From assembly GCF_964204645.1 (NCBI RefSeq), contig NC_134033.1, positions 13,896,655 through 13,960,654 on the forward strand: DNA of 64,000 nucleotides. The letters run 5' to 3'. Both the position numbers and the translations under genes were made by a program. Shown piece after piece: positions 37,465 to 50,800 of the stretch (position 1 is the stretch's first letter; each line of letters begins with the position of its first letter). The notes under the pieces were generated by a model. It was given only the letters and a program-made list of their open reading frames with translations. It was not told the origin of the DNA and searched no databases. The DNA comes from Tubulanus polymorphus (Eukaryota > Animalia > Nemertea).

Positions 37465-38815
37465 GTATATTATATAAAAAAATATAAATTTGTTATGACA
37501 CAACACAATTACATAATACTGTATGAATGATATTTAATTATATTCTACATTGTGTAATGCAAATTCACCAGAAAAAAAGCAATATTTTAAAATTATAAAC
37601 TTGCACTTGTCAAATGCTTTTGTACGGAGCCGCGTTGACACGGGAACATAATAAAGATAGTCTTTTCGTTCGAACGAAACGTTTTATCTTTTTCGTTAGA
37701 ACGCATTCGGAGACTGGCGCCCGCTAACAGGGGTGGATCCAGTAATTTCGAAGGCGGTTAGACAAAAAGAAAGGGAGAAAACTTTGAAAAAATGGACCAT
37801 TTCCTGATCATCTAGCCAGGTCGTGAAAATGTTATCTTGGCAAAAATAGGGGGGGGGGGCAGCCGCCCCAGACTTACCATATCCAATCAAATTTAGAAAT
37901 TATTCGTACGTTACTGATTGGATCAGGTTCCCGCGTGGCGAGCGAAGTCATTGTAATCGTCATAAACAACGGTAACCTCAAACTAAATTCAAATTATGCT
38001 AAACCACCTGGCTTATCGATACCATGTGTGATAAAATGTTACCCGTGGCCTCTCAAACCGGCTGCCGTTTGACATCGGAGGAAAATTGATCGATATCGAT
38101 AAAGCATACACTCGTCCCCGTGTACTATTGACAACGCCGATGTGAAACTGATGCAAATAATTAGAAGACCAGTAAAACCGTCCACAATGATTCTAATTAT
38201 CGGAGGCCATCTGCGCTTGGAGGCAATTAAAAATTAGACGCGTTTCCCGATTAATTAGCGCGGCGATAACCCAAAAATTACCGATCCTAACCTGACCAAA
38301 CATCTGTACTCGCAACAACATGGATGGTGGGAAAGGTCCCCCGAACGTTTCTTATCAAAATTAGACGGTTAAATCAAGAAAACCTATCGAAAAATACACA
38401 AACTAAGCGGACCTCGAACGCAGGTAAATCAAGGAATAATTTTTTTGTCTTATCCGGAATAAAAAATTGAATCCCGATTGCGACGTTGAATAAGTTAGGA
38501 TAATTAGTTTTTCAATCATCAGTTTTGTATTTCAAATTCAAGTCGCATCAGTGATTTTATTGAGAATGTCGAAAAATAAGCAAACTTGATACAATTCATT
38601 TTTCTCCAATTCGAAATGATACACGTACAAAATTTGCCTCCAAAAGACTCGTGAAGATTGCGATAAAAAACACTTTCTTTTCATCGGAAAACAAGAAAAA
38701 ATCATATCTAATATTGCATGGATATATAATGTTTGGATGAATACGGGCGATGGAATAAAGGACGTTTTGTTTGATTAATAGGAGGGAGAGAACAGGTGAC
38801 CTAGCACCACCAACT

Positions 38816-41800
38816 ATGTGGCTAGGTCACTTCTTTTTAGCGGTTCAGATCGTCTGGGTCTACAACAATATAGCACCAGTCACAAGCGCAAGTAAGTCGA
38901 TTAAAAATATAAGGAGTCTACCGTAGAACTGTTGAACTATAGGATCCGAGATTTTATCTCGGAGTAAAAAAATGTTCCGATAATTCAGCTAGTATCCCAC
39001 AGAAAACATTCCGAAAATTTCGAATGATATGTCATGGCAAAGGGACGTTTAATATCTATTGAGAAAGTTAAGGAATATCTCATAGATATGTTCATTTTTC
39101 TAATACCTGACAGAAAATTCAAAAAGAAGTACTTTAATTACTGATAAAATGAGATTATGTCATCTTGCACGTGATAGAATTTCTACTGATTGAGTGTTTG
39201 GTAGTCTCTGAGAACGAACTACGCCGTCCGAACATCAACGTCGCTTTTTCTCCGTTCGTAGGTTCGTGCGCGCAAGGCTGGAAAAGTTATGGCAGAAACT
39301 GCTTTTTGTTCAGGACCACGAAAGTGACGTGGAACGAAGCGGCGATTATATGTCTGAAAGGCAAAGCACGACTAGCCGAAGATAAGGACAGTTTGACCCA
39401 CGCTTTTTTAAGATGTAAGTGGAAACGTTTAGCTAACACGACTGACCTTCTAGCACTAACTAATGCTAACACTTTCAGATAATACGTTTTACGCCATAGT
39501 TCTGTGGGTTAAGTGAATTGTATTTCAAAATAAACTACTATTTTGAAACAAAATTGTCGAGTTTGTCACGAGCGGTTAATGCGTATTTACATCGGCAAAT
39601 CTACCAAATTAATCGATGTCCGTCTTAAAACACTCAATTCACCGAAGTAAAATTAGAGCCTGGAAGTACTTTGCAACTAGACTGTTCGAAGATATTTGTT
39701 CAGGGCATTGGCCGGATAATAGCTTCTTGTACATTCGAATAAAGGCTGTCCTCAGTATGAGTTTTTCTCGGTGGTCTCCTCCCTTCTTCTTTTGACCTGA
39801 AACCGAGCTCCTGTCACATATTAACTATAACGAAAGGCCGATTATTTATTCAATAATAAAACACTCATAAAAATTTCGTCGATTGCTCATATTTTTTAAG
39901 CTGTAAAAACCGTTATATCAACGTTTATATGCATTGATACCTATTATGCGTTATTTTAGGGGTTCTGTGCGAGTCGATGTGCACTACGTCATCAATATTG
40001 GCATGTCAAAATAACAATTACGATTTTGAATTTGGCGTGTTTATTTGAGAGGATATGCAAAATAATCGGGGCTAGACTGCATTGCCGGTCAATTCAATTC
40101 ATTCATTCAATTCAAAAATTATCGATCCTCTATATTACATAAATCTTATGTTATATTATTTATTGTCGACAATAAATAATAATAACATGTGCTTTTTGCC
40201 AATGCGCCAGTAAACTTTCAAGTTAGTTTTTTTTATATATCCTATATGCAAGATTTTAGATTCATCTTTTCTTATTTCATCAAACGCTTGCAGCGAAAAT
40301 GAAAATCAAATCGCATATCGGTTTAAACGACCTCAGAAATACGAAAACACCACGACGAAGCTGGTACTGGCACGTGAGTACTAACCCGATAAACGAGACG
40401 GATAAGGCGCTTGTACGAAATTGAATCTGATTCGGTTTAGCTAAATCCTATTCGATGTTGGAAAACGTAAGGATTAGTAAATCGAATCGTTTTTTCGTAA
40501 ATGAGTCGAGTCAATTTATCAATTTAAAGGTCGCGATTCGAAAGAAAATGGGTGTCGATGGTGAACGAATTATTGATAGATGATGGTCTGCGATAGATGT
40601 CTTTAGCCCGCGGTCGAAGAGGACGCCATGTTGGATTTCACTGACCAAATCGCCACTAACTTGCTCGCCGAGCAAGTTAGTTGATTTAATAAATCAATTT
40701 ACTGAACCGCGTCCATAAACGAGTTGATTTACCAAATCGGATTCACTAAACCGCGTGCCGTAAACGTGAAAACTAAATCCATTTACAAAGATTCAGTTTC
40801 GTAAAAGCGCCTATATTACCCGTACCTGCTTATTTGAAGACAGTACGAGCTTGCATCAAGCATCCTCTCCCGGCAGGGATTCGAACCTGATGGCGTCGAG
40901 ATTGCCACGGTTCGTACTATGGCTGAGTGTAGCGATGTCATCAGGTTCGAATCCCTGCCGAGGGAGGATGGCAATGGAGCTACACTAGTAGCGAAAGCTC
41001 GTGCGTCAATTTAACTATAAGTCACACCTATAAAGTACTACTCGTCTCGTTGCATTTATTCTGCACCAGGATCACGGTTCCACTACGACACGGGCCAATC
41101 TTGACTCGAGCTTGATCCGGGCCAAATTGTTTCCCAAATTGTTTCCGTGTGATCGCGGCTTTAAACCCATGAAATGCATATATTTGTTCTTTTCTTGTTT
41201 TGAATAAACATTAACGTATTCATGGTATATATCTTTTCAGCATCATTTTCGAAACTGGCAGAAAAATGAACCGAACTATCGCAATGAGCAATGCATGGCG
41301 GTCATAGCCCGTTGGTATGATTCCAGATGCAACATCCCGAGACCGTCGATTTGTGAATATTCAAAATCAAGTAAATGCAACTTTCTACGCTGTGCTTCAG
41401 CGGGTTCGAGGCCCCTGAATTCTAAAATTGAAATCTTCATTTTGGAGATTCGATTTCGTATCGTCATGGAAATCTCCTGTCTTTTTTCTCAAACTGCACA
41501 TATCCCTTAATTTCTTACCAGAGATGAAAGCCAGTCGATGTTATCCGGGCTGGTTGAGTTGGGGCGATAGTTGCTACGCCCTACAGAGAACAAAGCGCAA
41601 TCATCACCAGGCAAATCTACACTGTCTTCGAATGAGAAGTCATTTGGTGGCGATAGAGAGTGCAGCGGAAGACAAGTATCTCAGCGGTACGTCGTGTTAA
41701 TCACGTGTCACATCGAAATGCACGCGCGATAAAGAAGAAATACGATATATACATCAAAAGGAATAAATGAATTTTTGTTTTGTATTTGTATAGGTATAAG

Positions 41801-44800
41801 ACGTAGACTTCCCGGCGGAATATTTTGGACGGGTCTACACGAGCAATTTAAGACTGGTTACTGGAAATGGGCGGTATGAAACGCTCGCCCGTTCGTTCGT
41901 TCGTTCGTTCGTTCGTTCGTTCGTTCGTTCGTTGGAGTCAGTAACGTACAGTTCTTTAACATGGATTTCTTTCTCTAATTCAAGGGACCGAGTTTCGTTA
42001 ACTGGAACAGAGGTGAACCAAACAACGTCAGAAACGAGGACTGCACGCACGTGTACAATAACGGCAAATGGAATGATATCAGCTGTAATGCGCGTCAACG
42101 ATTCGTCTGCAAATCCAGAAAAAGTAAGTTCACGCTGCTATTCCTAACTAGCTTCGCGACGCTTTTATACGGATTTCGACGACGAACAAAAAAAAACTAA
42201 TACGAAAATCATCTTATTTCGAAGTTGAGGGTAAATGTCCCGGCGGTTGGAAGTCGTATAGACATTCGTGTTACAAGTACTACCCGCAGGCTAAGAATTT
42301 TGCAGGCGCGCGTCAAACATGCAGAAGTCAAAAGAGCTACCTGGCCTGGATCGACGACATGGATGAAAATAATTACATTCGGCGTAAGTTGATAAAACGC
42401 TACATATCCGTGTTGTGACGGTAATATAGAGAAAATCCCACAATAATGACGAAAAACGAAGTCCGAAAATGTTTCCTAGAGTTGGTAGTTTATTCTCCGG
42501 AGTTGTTTAAGATGTTCACCTTGGCTTACCTTTTTTGCAAATAGGACTCGGAGGAGGAACTATATTCATCGGATTGAATGACATGCGACGAGAAAGTTAT
42601 TTCACTTGGGATGTAAGTTGCAAAAGAAAACTGTAAATTCTACTCATAGAAGGAGCTATTGTTTAGGAATTGAAGTGATCGAGAATTTTTCCAGGGTCCG
42701 GAGAGTGGGAGTTTATACTGGGCTCCCGGGAATCCAAACAACAAGAAAACGGACGAATGTACCGGTATGGACATGAGAGGAAAATGGACGAACTACAATT
42801 GCAAGAGCAAAAAGGAAGGATTCATCTGCCAAAGAGGCATCGGAGGTAAGCTTCCGCCTTTACCAACTTGTTTATTATGATAAATATGACTATGATAAAT
42901 ACATTGCGTCGCCGTGATCGGAATCTTTTAGAGTTTGACTGATTGTAAAGGAACTTAATCTTTGAATGTTACTTAACCCAAGACCCCCTAAATCTAAGAT
43001 CTTCTATTCCTGATCCGGAATAAAGTAGCCCGAGATATTCATTTCATATCCATGGGATGTCAGGGGATTTCATGAATATGAAGTTATTAAACAACGGCCA
43101 ATCTGATTGACTGTCAATCTCCGAGCGTTTTCTCTAGGGCAGGGGTTTTGATGCTGTCAGGTCCCTGCACAGAGAGCTGATGTGTCTCTAGGGCAGGGGT
43201 TTCGATGTTGTCACGTCCCTGCACAGAGAGCTGATGTGTCTCTAGGGTAGGGGTTTCGATGTTGTCACGTCCCTGCACAGAGAGCTGATGTGTCTCTAGG
43301 GCAGGGGTTTCGATGTTGTCAGGTCCCTGCACAGAGCTGATGTGTCTCTAGAGCAGGGGTTTTGATGTTGTCAGGTCCCTGCACACAGAGCTGATGTGTC
43401 TCTAGAGCAGGGGTTTTGATGTTGTCAGGTCCCTGCACAGAGCTGATGTGTCTCTAGAGCAGGGGTTTCGATGTTGTCAGGTCCCTGCACAGAGCTGATG
43501 TGTCTCTAGGGCAGGGGTTTCGATGTTGTCAGGTCCCTGCACAGAGCTGATGTGTCTCTAGAGCAGGGGTTTTGATGTTGTCAGGTCCCTGCACAGAGCT
43601 GATGTGTCTCTAGAGCAGGGGTTTCGATGTTGTCAGGTCCCTGCACAGAGCTGATGGGTTTCGTATGGCAGGGGGTTTGGTCTGACAGAGTCTAACATGA
43701 TGTCATCAGGTTTGGAGGGAGGGTGTGTCTACTAGGACAGGGGTTTGTACTGTGTCAAGAGTCTAATGCCACCAAATCCTCACGGGAGGATGGGTCTATT
43801 AGGGCAGATATTTGTATGGTGGCAAAGTCCCTCGACGTCATCAGGTTCGAGTCCGACTTGTGGGGGAGGGTGTGCTATAAATACGTCTGAACCCTCGATC
43901 GTAGTTAACTTTAGTTTTAGTTAAATATGGTATCACTTTCAGTTAGTGGTCCGGCGATAGGGGGAAGTTCAGGAGGATCAAGATGTAAGTAGAAGGCGAT
44001 GCCATACTTGAAAGAAAATCACATCAATAACAAGTCAACATATTAAATGAATATATCTATTCAATAATTTTATATAAAAGTCATCCTAACTCTATAGGAT
44101 TGTGCATAAATGCCCGAATGATCTGGACCAATCTAATCTAGAACCAGTTCTGCTTCGAGTTTTGACTCGTAAAGAATGAATCTCGATTTTTGTTTGTTTG
44201 TGCGATTGATTTTAGCTTCTGGGGGAACTCGAATGAGGAGGACAGGGTGTTTTCTGGACAAAGCGAAGCGAGATCTGCCGAGTGGTTTTAAGAGCAATAA
44301 TAAGATGACTCCAATAATGTGCGTCCGTCATTGCGCTAAAAACGGTGAGTATACCATAACTGTTCATATAGTTCAAGATTAGAAACGTTAGAAAACGGAT
44401 TGAGATATTACCAATATCAGATACGTTTATTCTCATTCATAAATTGTTTTTGTTTAATAGGATTTAAATACGCTGGAGTACAGTACGCGCGTCAATGTTT
44501 CTGTGGTAATAAATATGGTAGATACGGCGGTAGACCGAACAGAGAATGTAATATGAAATGTGGCGGAGACAAATCAAAAACATGTGGCGGCACCTGGCGG
44601 AATAATATATACAGAATTATTGGTAAGAAATTGTCATTTTTATTACTGATCAGTCGCTTAGATAACTCATCGTCTTTGGGCGATTCAAAGTGGATTTTCC
44701 TATTATTAACGTCCATTTCGACTTTCATCACTGGCCAATTTCAGGAATAAATCACGTATTCAAGCTTTTCTAACGGCTTCTGTTTTGAATTTATTTCTAG

Positions 44801-47800
44801 TGCGGCGGCGAGGACGGGGTGAGTAGAAGGATTTGTTTGGACGTTCTATTAACATTTCTAGAATATCGCTGTTTCATCCATAGACAAAAAATAATATCTA
44901 TATTGTCTTGTAGGAAGAACTCGAATGAAGAAGACAGGATGTTTTCTGGACAAATCAAAGCGAGATCTACCGAGTCTACATATCCATAACAATAAGATGA
45001 CTCCAAGACTGTGCGTCCATCATTGCGCTAGAGGCGGTCTGTAATATTTGTCATAACTGTCCACGTACACATCAGAAAATGAAATATCTTTCCTCAATAA
45101 AAGTTAAACACTTTTTAAAAAATGAAATGGTTTTATAGGATTTAAATACGCGGGAGTACAGTATGGGCGTCATTGTTTCTGCGGTAATAAATATGGTAGA
45201 TACGGCGGTAGACCGAACAGAGAATGTAACATGAAATGCAGCGGAGACAAATCAAAAATATGTGGCGCTGCTGGCAGAAGTAACATATACCGAATTATTG
45301 GTAAGAATTCATCTTTTTGATTAAGAATTGGCCGATTTGCTGCCGTGATTCATTGTCGTTTGATCATAATTCAGAGTCGATTTTATACAAATATTGATAT
45401 TGATCTTGATTAACATTTTAACTTTCATCAACGGCTAAACATTCGCCACGTTTTCATATAACTCTATAACGGCTTCTGTTTTGAATTTATTTCTAGTGCG
45501 GCGGCGGTCACGGGGTGAGTAGAAGGATTTGTTTGGACGATGTATAAACATTTTTAGAATTTCGCTGTTTGTTACTTACTCGACAAAATTTATTAATGTT
45601 GTTTTTTTATATTGTATTATATTTATATATTGTAATGAATTAACATTTCTAGAATATCGCTGTTTCATCCATCGACAAAATATCTATGATGTCTTTTAGG
45701 AAGAACCCGAATGAAGAAGACAGGATGTTTTCTGGACAAAGCAAAGCGAGATCTACCGAGTCTACATATCCATAACAATAAGATGACTCCAAGACTGTGC
45801 GTCCATCATTGCGCTAGAGGCGGTCTGTAATATTTGTCATAACTGTTCGCGTACACATTTATAACATCAGAAAATGAAATATCTTTCCTCAATAAAAGTT
45901 AAACACTTTTTAAAAAATGAAATGGTTTTATAGGATTTAAATACGCGGGAGTACAGTATGGGCGTCATTGTTTCTGTGGTAATAAATATGGTAGATACGG
46001 CGGTAGACCGAACAGAGAATGTAATATGAAATGCAGCGGAGACAAATCAAAAATATGTGGCGCTGCTGGCAGAAGTAACATATACCGAATCATTGGTAAG
46101 AATTCATCTTTTTGATTAAGAATTGGCCGATTTGCTGCCGTGATTCATTGTCGTTTGGTCATAATTCAGAGTCGATTTTATACAAATATTGATATTGATC
46201 TTGATTAACATTTTAACTTTCATCAACGGCTAAACATTCGCCACGTTTTCATATAACTCTATAACGGCTTCTGTTTTGAATTTGTTTCTAGTGCGGCGTC
46301 GAGGACGGGGTGAGTAAAAGGATTTTTTTTAGGACGTTCTATTAATATTCCTAGAATATCGCTGTTTAATCCATCGACAAAAATATCTATATTGTCTTGT
46401 AGGAAGAACTCGAATGAGGAGGACAGGGTGTTTTCTGGACAAACCGAAGCGAGATCTGCCGAGTGGTTTTAAGAGCAATAATAAGATGACTCCAATAATG
46501 TGCGTCCGTCATTGCGCTAAAAACGGTGAGTATACCATAACTGTTCATATAGTTCAATATTAGAAACGTTAGAAAACGGATTGAGATATTACCAATATCA
46601 GATACGTATATTCTCTATCATAATTTTTTTGTTTAATAGGATTTAAATACGCGGGAGTACAGTACGCGCGTCAATGTTTCTGTGGTAATAAATATGGTAG
46701 ATACGGCGGTAGACCGAACAGAGAATGTAATATGAAATGTGGCGGAGACAAATCAAAAACATGTGGCGGCACCTGGCGGAATAATATATACAGAATTATT
46801 GGTAAGAAATTGTCATTTTGATTACTGATCAGTCGCTTAGATAACTCATCGTCTTTGGGCGATTCAAAGTGGATTTTACTAATATTAACGTCCATTTCGA
46901 CTTTCATCAACGGCCAATTTCAGGAATAAATCACGTATTCAAGCTTTTCTAACGGCTTCCGTTTTGAATTTATTTCTAGTGCGGCGGCGAGGACGGGGTG
47001 AGTAGAAGGATTTGTTTGGACGTTCTATTAACATTTCTAGAATATCGCCATTTAATCCATCGAAAAAAAATAATATCTATATTGTCTTGTAGGAAGAACT
47101 CGAATGAGGAAGACAGGATGTTTTCTGGACAAAGCAAAGCGAGATCTACCGAGTCTACATATCCATAACAATAAGATGACTCCAAGACTGTGCGTCCATC
47201 ATTGCGCTAGAGGCGGTCTGTAATATTTGTCATAACTGTTCACGTACACATCAGAAAATGAAATGTCTTTCCTCAATAATAGTTAAACACTTTTTAAAAA
47301 ATGAAATGGTTTTATAGGATTTAAATACGCCGGAGTACAGTATGGGCGTCATTGTTTCTGCGGTAATAAATATGGTAGATACGGCGGTAGACCGAACAGA
47401 GAATGTAACATGAAATGCAGCGGAGACAAATCAAAAATATGTGGCGCTGCTGGCAGAAGTAACATATACAGAATTATTGGTAAGAATTCATCTTTTTGAT
47501 TAAGAATTGGCCGATTTGCTGCCGTGATTCATTGTCGTTTGACCATAATTCAGAGTCGATTTTATACAAATATTGATAATGATCTTGATTAACATTTTAA
47601 CTTTCATCAACGGCTAAATATTCGCCACGTTTTCATATAACTCTATAACGGCTTCTGTTTTGAATTTATTTCTAGTGCGGCGTCGAGGACGGGGTGAGTA
47701 AAAGGATTTTTTAGGACGTTCTATTAATATTTCTAGAATATCGCTGTTTAATCCATCGACAAAAATATCTATACTCTCTTCTAGGAAGAACTCGAATGAA

Positions 47801-50800
47801 GAAGACAGGATGTTTTCTGGACAAACCGAAGCGAGATCTGCCGAGTGGTTTTAAGAGCAATAATAAGATGACTCCAATAATGTGCGTCCGTCATTGCGCT
47901 AAAAACGGTGAGTATACCCGCAGGTGTGGTGGGTCTGTAAGGGACACTCAATCAAAAAATCTAACGAAATTTACAAACCAAATAAACAACAGGGACAATC
48001 CCTATTTTAAGATCAAAAAAAAAAAAAAAAAAAAAAAAAAAACGATGAGTATACCATAACTGTTCATATAGTTCAATATTAGAAACGTTAGAAAGCGAAA
48101 TGAGATATTTACAATATCAGATACGTTTATTCTCTATCATAATTTTTTTGTTTAATAGGATTTAAATACGCGGGAGTACAGTACGCGCGTGAATGTTTCT
48201 GTGGTAATAAATATGGTAGATACGGCGGTAGACCGAACAGAGAATGTAATATGAAATGCAGCGGAGACAAATCAAAAACATGTGGCGGCACCTGGCGGAA
48301 TAATATATACAGAATTATTGGTAAGAAATTGTCATTTTTATTACTGATCAATAAGGCATACAGAATAGCTGTTCCTCATTTGCATGCATATTTGCTGTGC
48401 AAATTTCATCCAGCATCAAGATGGCCACCAGGCAGCCTCTTCTGTATAATCCCGATATTCTCTTCCGGATACGAGCACAAGTCAATTTCACTTCGCAATT
48501 CCAATTCAAAATATTTATTTTCAGTACGGAGGGGACGCGGACGCGGACGCAAATCTTGTAAGTAAAACGATTTCATCGAATAAACAAGAACATACTTTAT
48601 TAACTGTGATTACGTTACGTTTTTCTCCTGGGTTAAATAGCGAAGGGTTGGAGACGGTTCGGTAGGAAATTGTACCTATTCGACACGTCTAAATCAGAAA
48701 GCTGGATCTCCGCAGCCGATTCGTGCGCGAAGATGGGAGCCAAACTTGCCGCACCACAGAACCTATACGAACAACACTTCATCAACCGTAAGTATAGATA
48801 GAACAAGTATGATGATTATCATAATCATTCGCGCATAAATTTTATATTTGAAAATAATATAATGGGAACAAGGTGATTTCATTCAGGTTGATGGGCACCA
48901 CAGGAGTAGATACAAACTTCTATTCCTTAAACGTGGCCACGGTGCCCTTGGAAATCGCACACGCATCATCACCCAAATACACACACACACGACCTAATCG
49001 TATCACACTCAGAACCACCTTTTCATTCCGGCTTTCGTCGTTTCAGTGAACATACTATGTTTGTTCTCTTTTTCACAAAGACAATGCTTATGCAAGTATT
49101 ACCCCTGGTTTTTTTAACCACAGATTATCATCGAAATAGCACATAGAAGATCATTGACCGTATTAACACCTTTCTTCAATCTTCCTCAGAAAATAATAAA
49201 GCGTCTTCATCCTCAAAGACTAGGCTACGGTATTTGTATATCCTTACAAATACATAATTTCATTAGGACATATGTAATTTTGAAACACGTGTTGAATACA
49301 TTAGTATTGAAGAAATGTCACAAACATTTACATCAACATAAATGAATGATGTATGAATATTAACCGTTGACCCATCGTCAGAATAACCAAATACAATCTA
49401 TTGGAATCGCTAACCATTTGATAAGTCTTAAATGCGTACTTTTTATTCAACAAAAAAAAAAAACGTCGCAGTCTCCATATATTTCACATGATGTTCATGG
49501 TCGATCAAATCACTGAATATTTGATACGTTTACAATGGAACATGTTTATCATCGCGGTGACCATTATTGACGTCGTATTTAGATATATGGGGGGCATTTC
49601 TGAAAAATATCGATTACGCCTATACGTCTAAAGTCAGTATTCGTTGAAATAAAAAGATCAACCCCGTTTTAACTGTAGTCGTTGTGAATACGCTGAAAAA
49701 GAAAATGCTTCATATCGGGCTTTACGACCTCTCATCAGATCCCCGCCGTAGAAGCTGGCGCTGGCACGTGAGTACTTCATCGATTACCAACAAAATTCCC
49801 GATAAAAGACCTAGGCCCTATGGTCCTATCCGTAATTTCTCCGGCGTTATTTTTTTTTCGTCAGGCAACCTATCAAAATTGGAAAGCTCCTAAGATGTAT
49901 AAATACGTGAAAGGTCGTCATTGTACGACTATAAACCGATCCGGAAGATGGATGAAAGAACCGTGTATGTGGAAACGACAAACTATCTGCGAATACGACT
50001 ACAAGCGTAAGTCGAGCGTCTCACGAAAACATGACCAAAACTGATATTTCATACAACATACCCATGGTCAACACATTAAAATACGGATTTGATATATCAC
50101 ATATTTGTCTTATTCATCTTATATCTAAGCTTCGAAAAGGTAACATTTCATAGAAAATCTCTCTTATATTTTGCCAGTGAGGGGTAACAGCGGATGTCCT
50201 CGAGGCTGGAAGAAATCCGGCAGGTTTTGTTGGTTCCATATCAGACAGAAATACAATCTACCGGTTGCGTTCGCTTACTGTAACAAACGCAACTCGCGAC
50301 CGGTGTGGTTAGAAGACGCCCGCAAAGAAGCCGCCCTAAAACGTAAGTTTTCACCCGATTGAAAACAGGTGATAATAATAATAAATTAATAATAAATTTA
50401 TTTCTACAATAAAATTACAACATGTCATAAAGAGATATACAAATATGAAATGTTTTAATATAATGTGGAGGAGATTAGATGAAGCCAATGAAGGCTTATA
50501 AAATCTCTAATCCCCTAGCATACAGCGATTCACTCAACTCATACACACATGCAGTCATACACCTTCACCCAACATGCACCCACACACGTAGTCACTCAGG
50601 CGGTCAATCACACTATCTTTCATTCACTCTTACAATCTGGTAACAATTTCAAAACTGCAACTTAACAAGTTAGATAACTCATACGTCATCCACACGTGAA
50701 ATTCATCAAAATTTACGTTTTTCCAGGGGCGTTCAAGGGTCATTTCTGGATCGGAAATTTCCAGTTGAAAAAGCATTTCTGGAGATGGACGGTAAGTACA

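Noticed and set aside
43128-43656. CRISPR-like regular repeat
   Set aside because: Units are contiguous with no unique spacers, no cas genes, eukaryotic intron.
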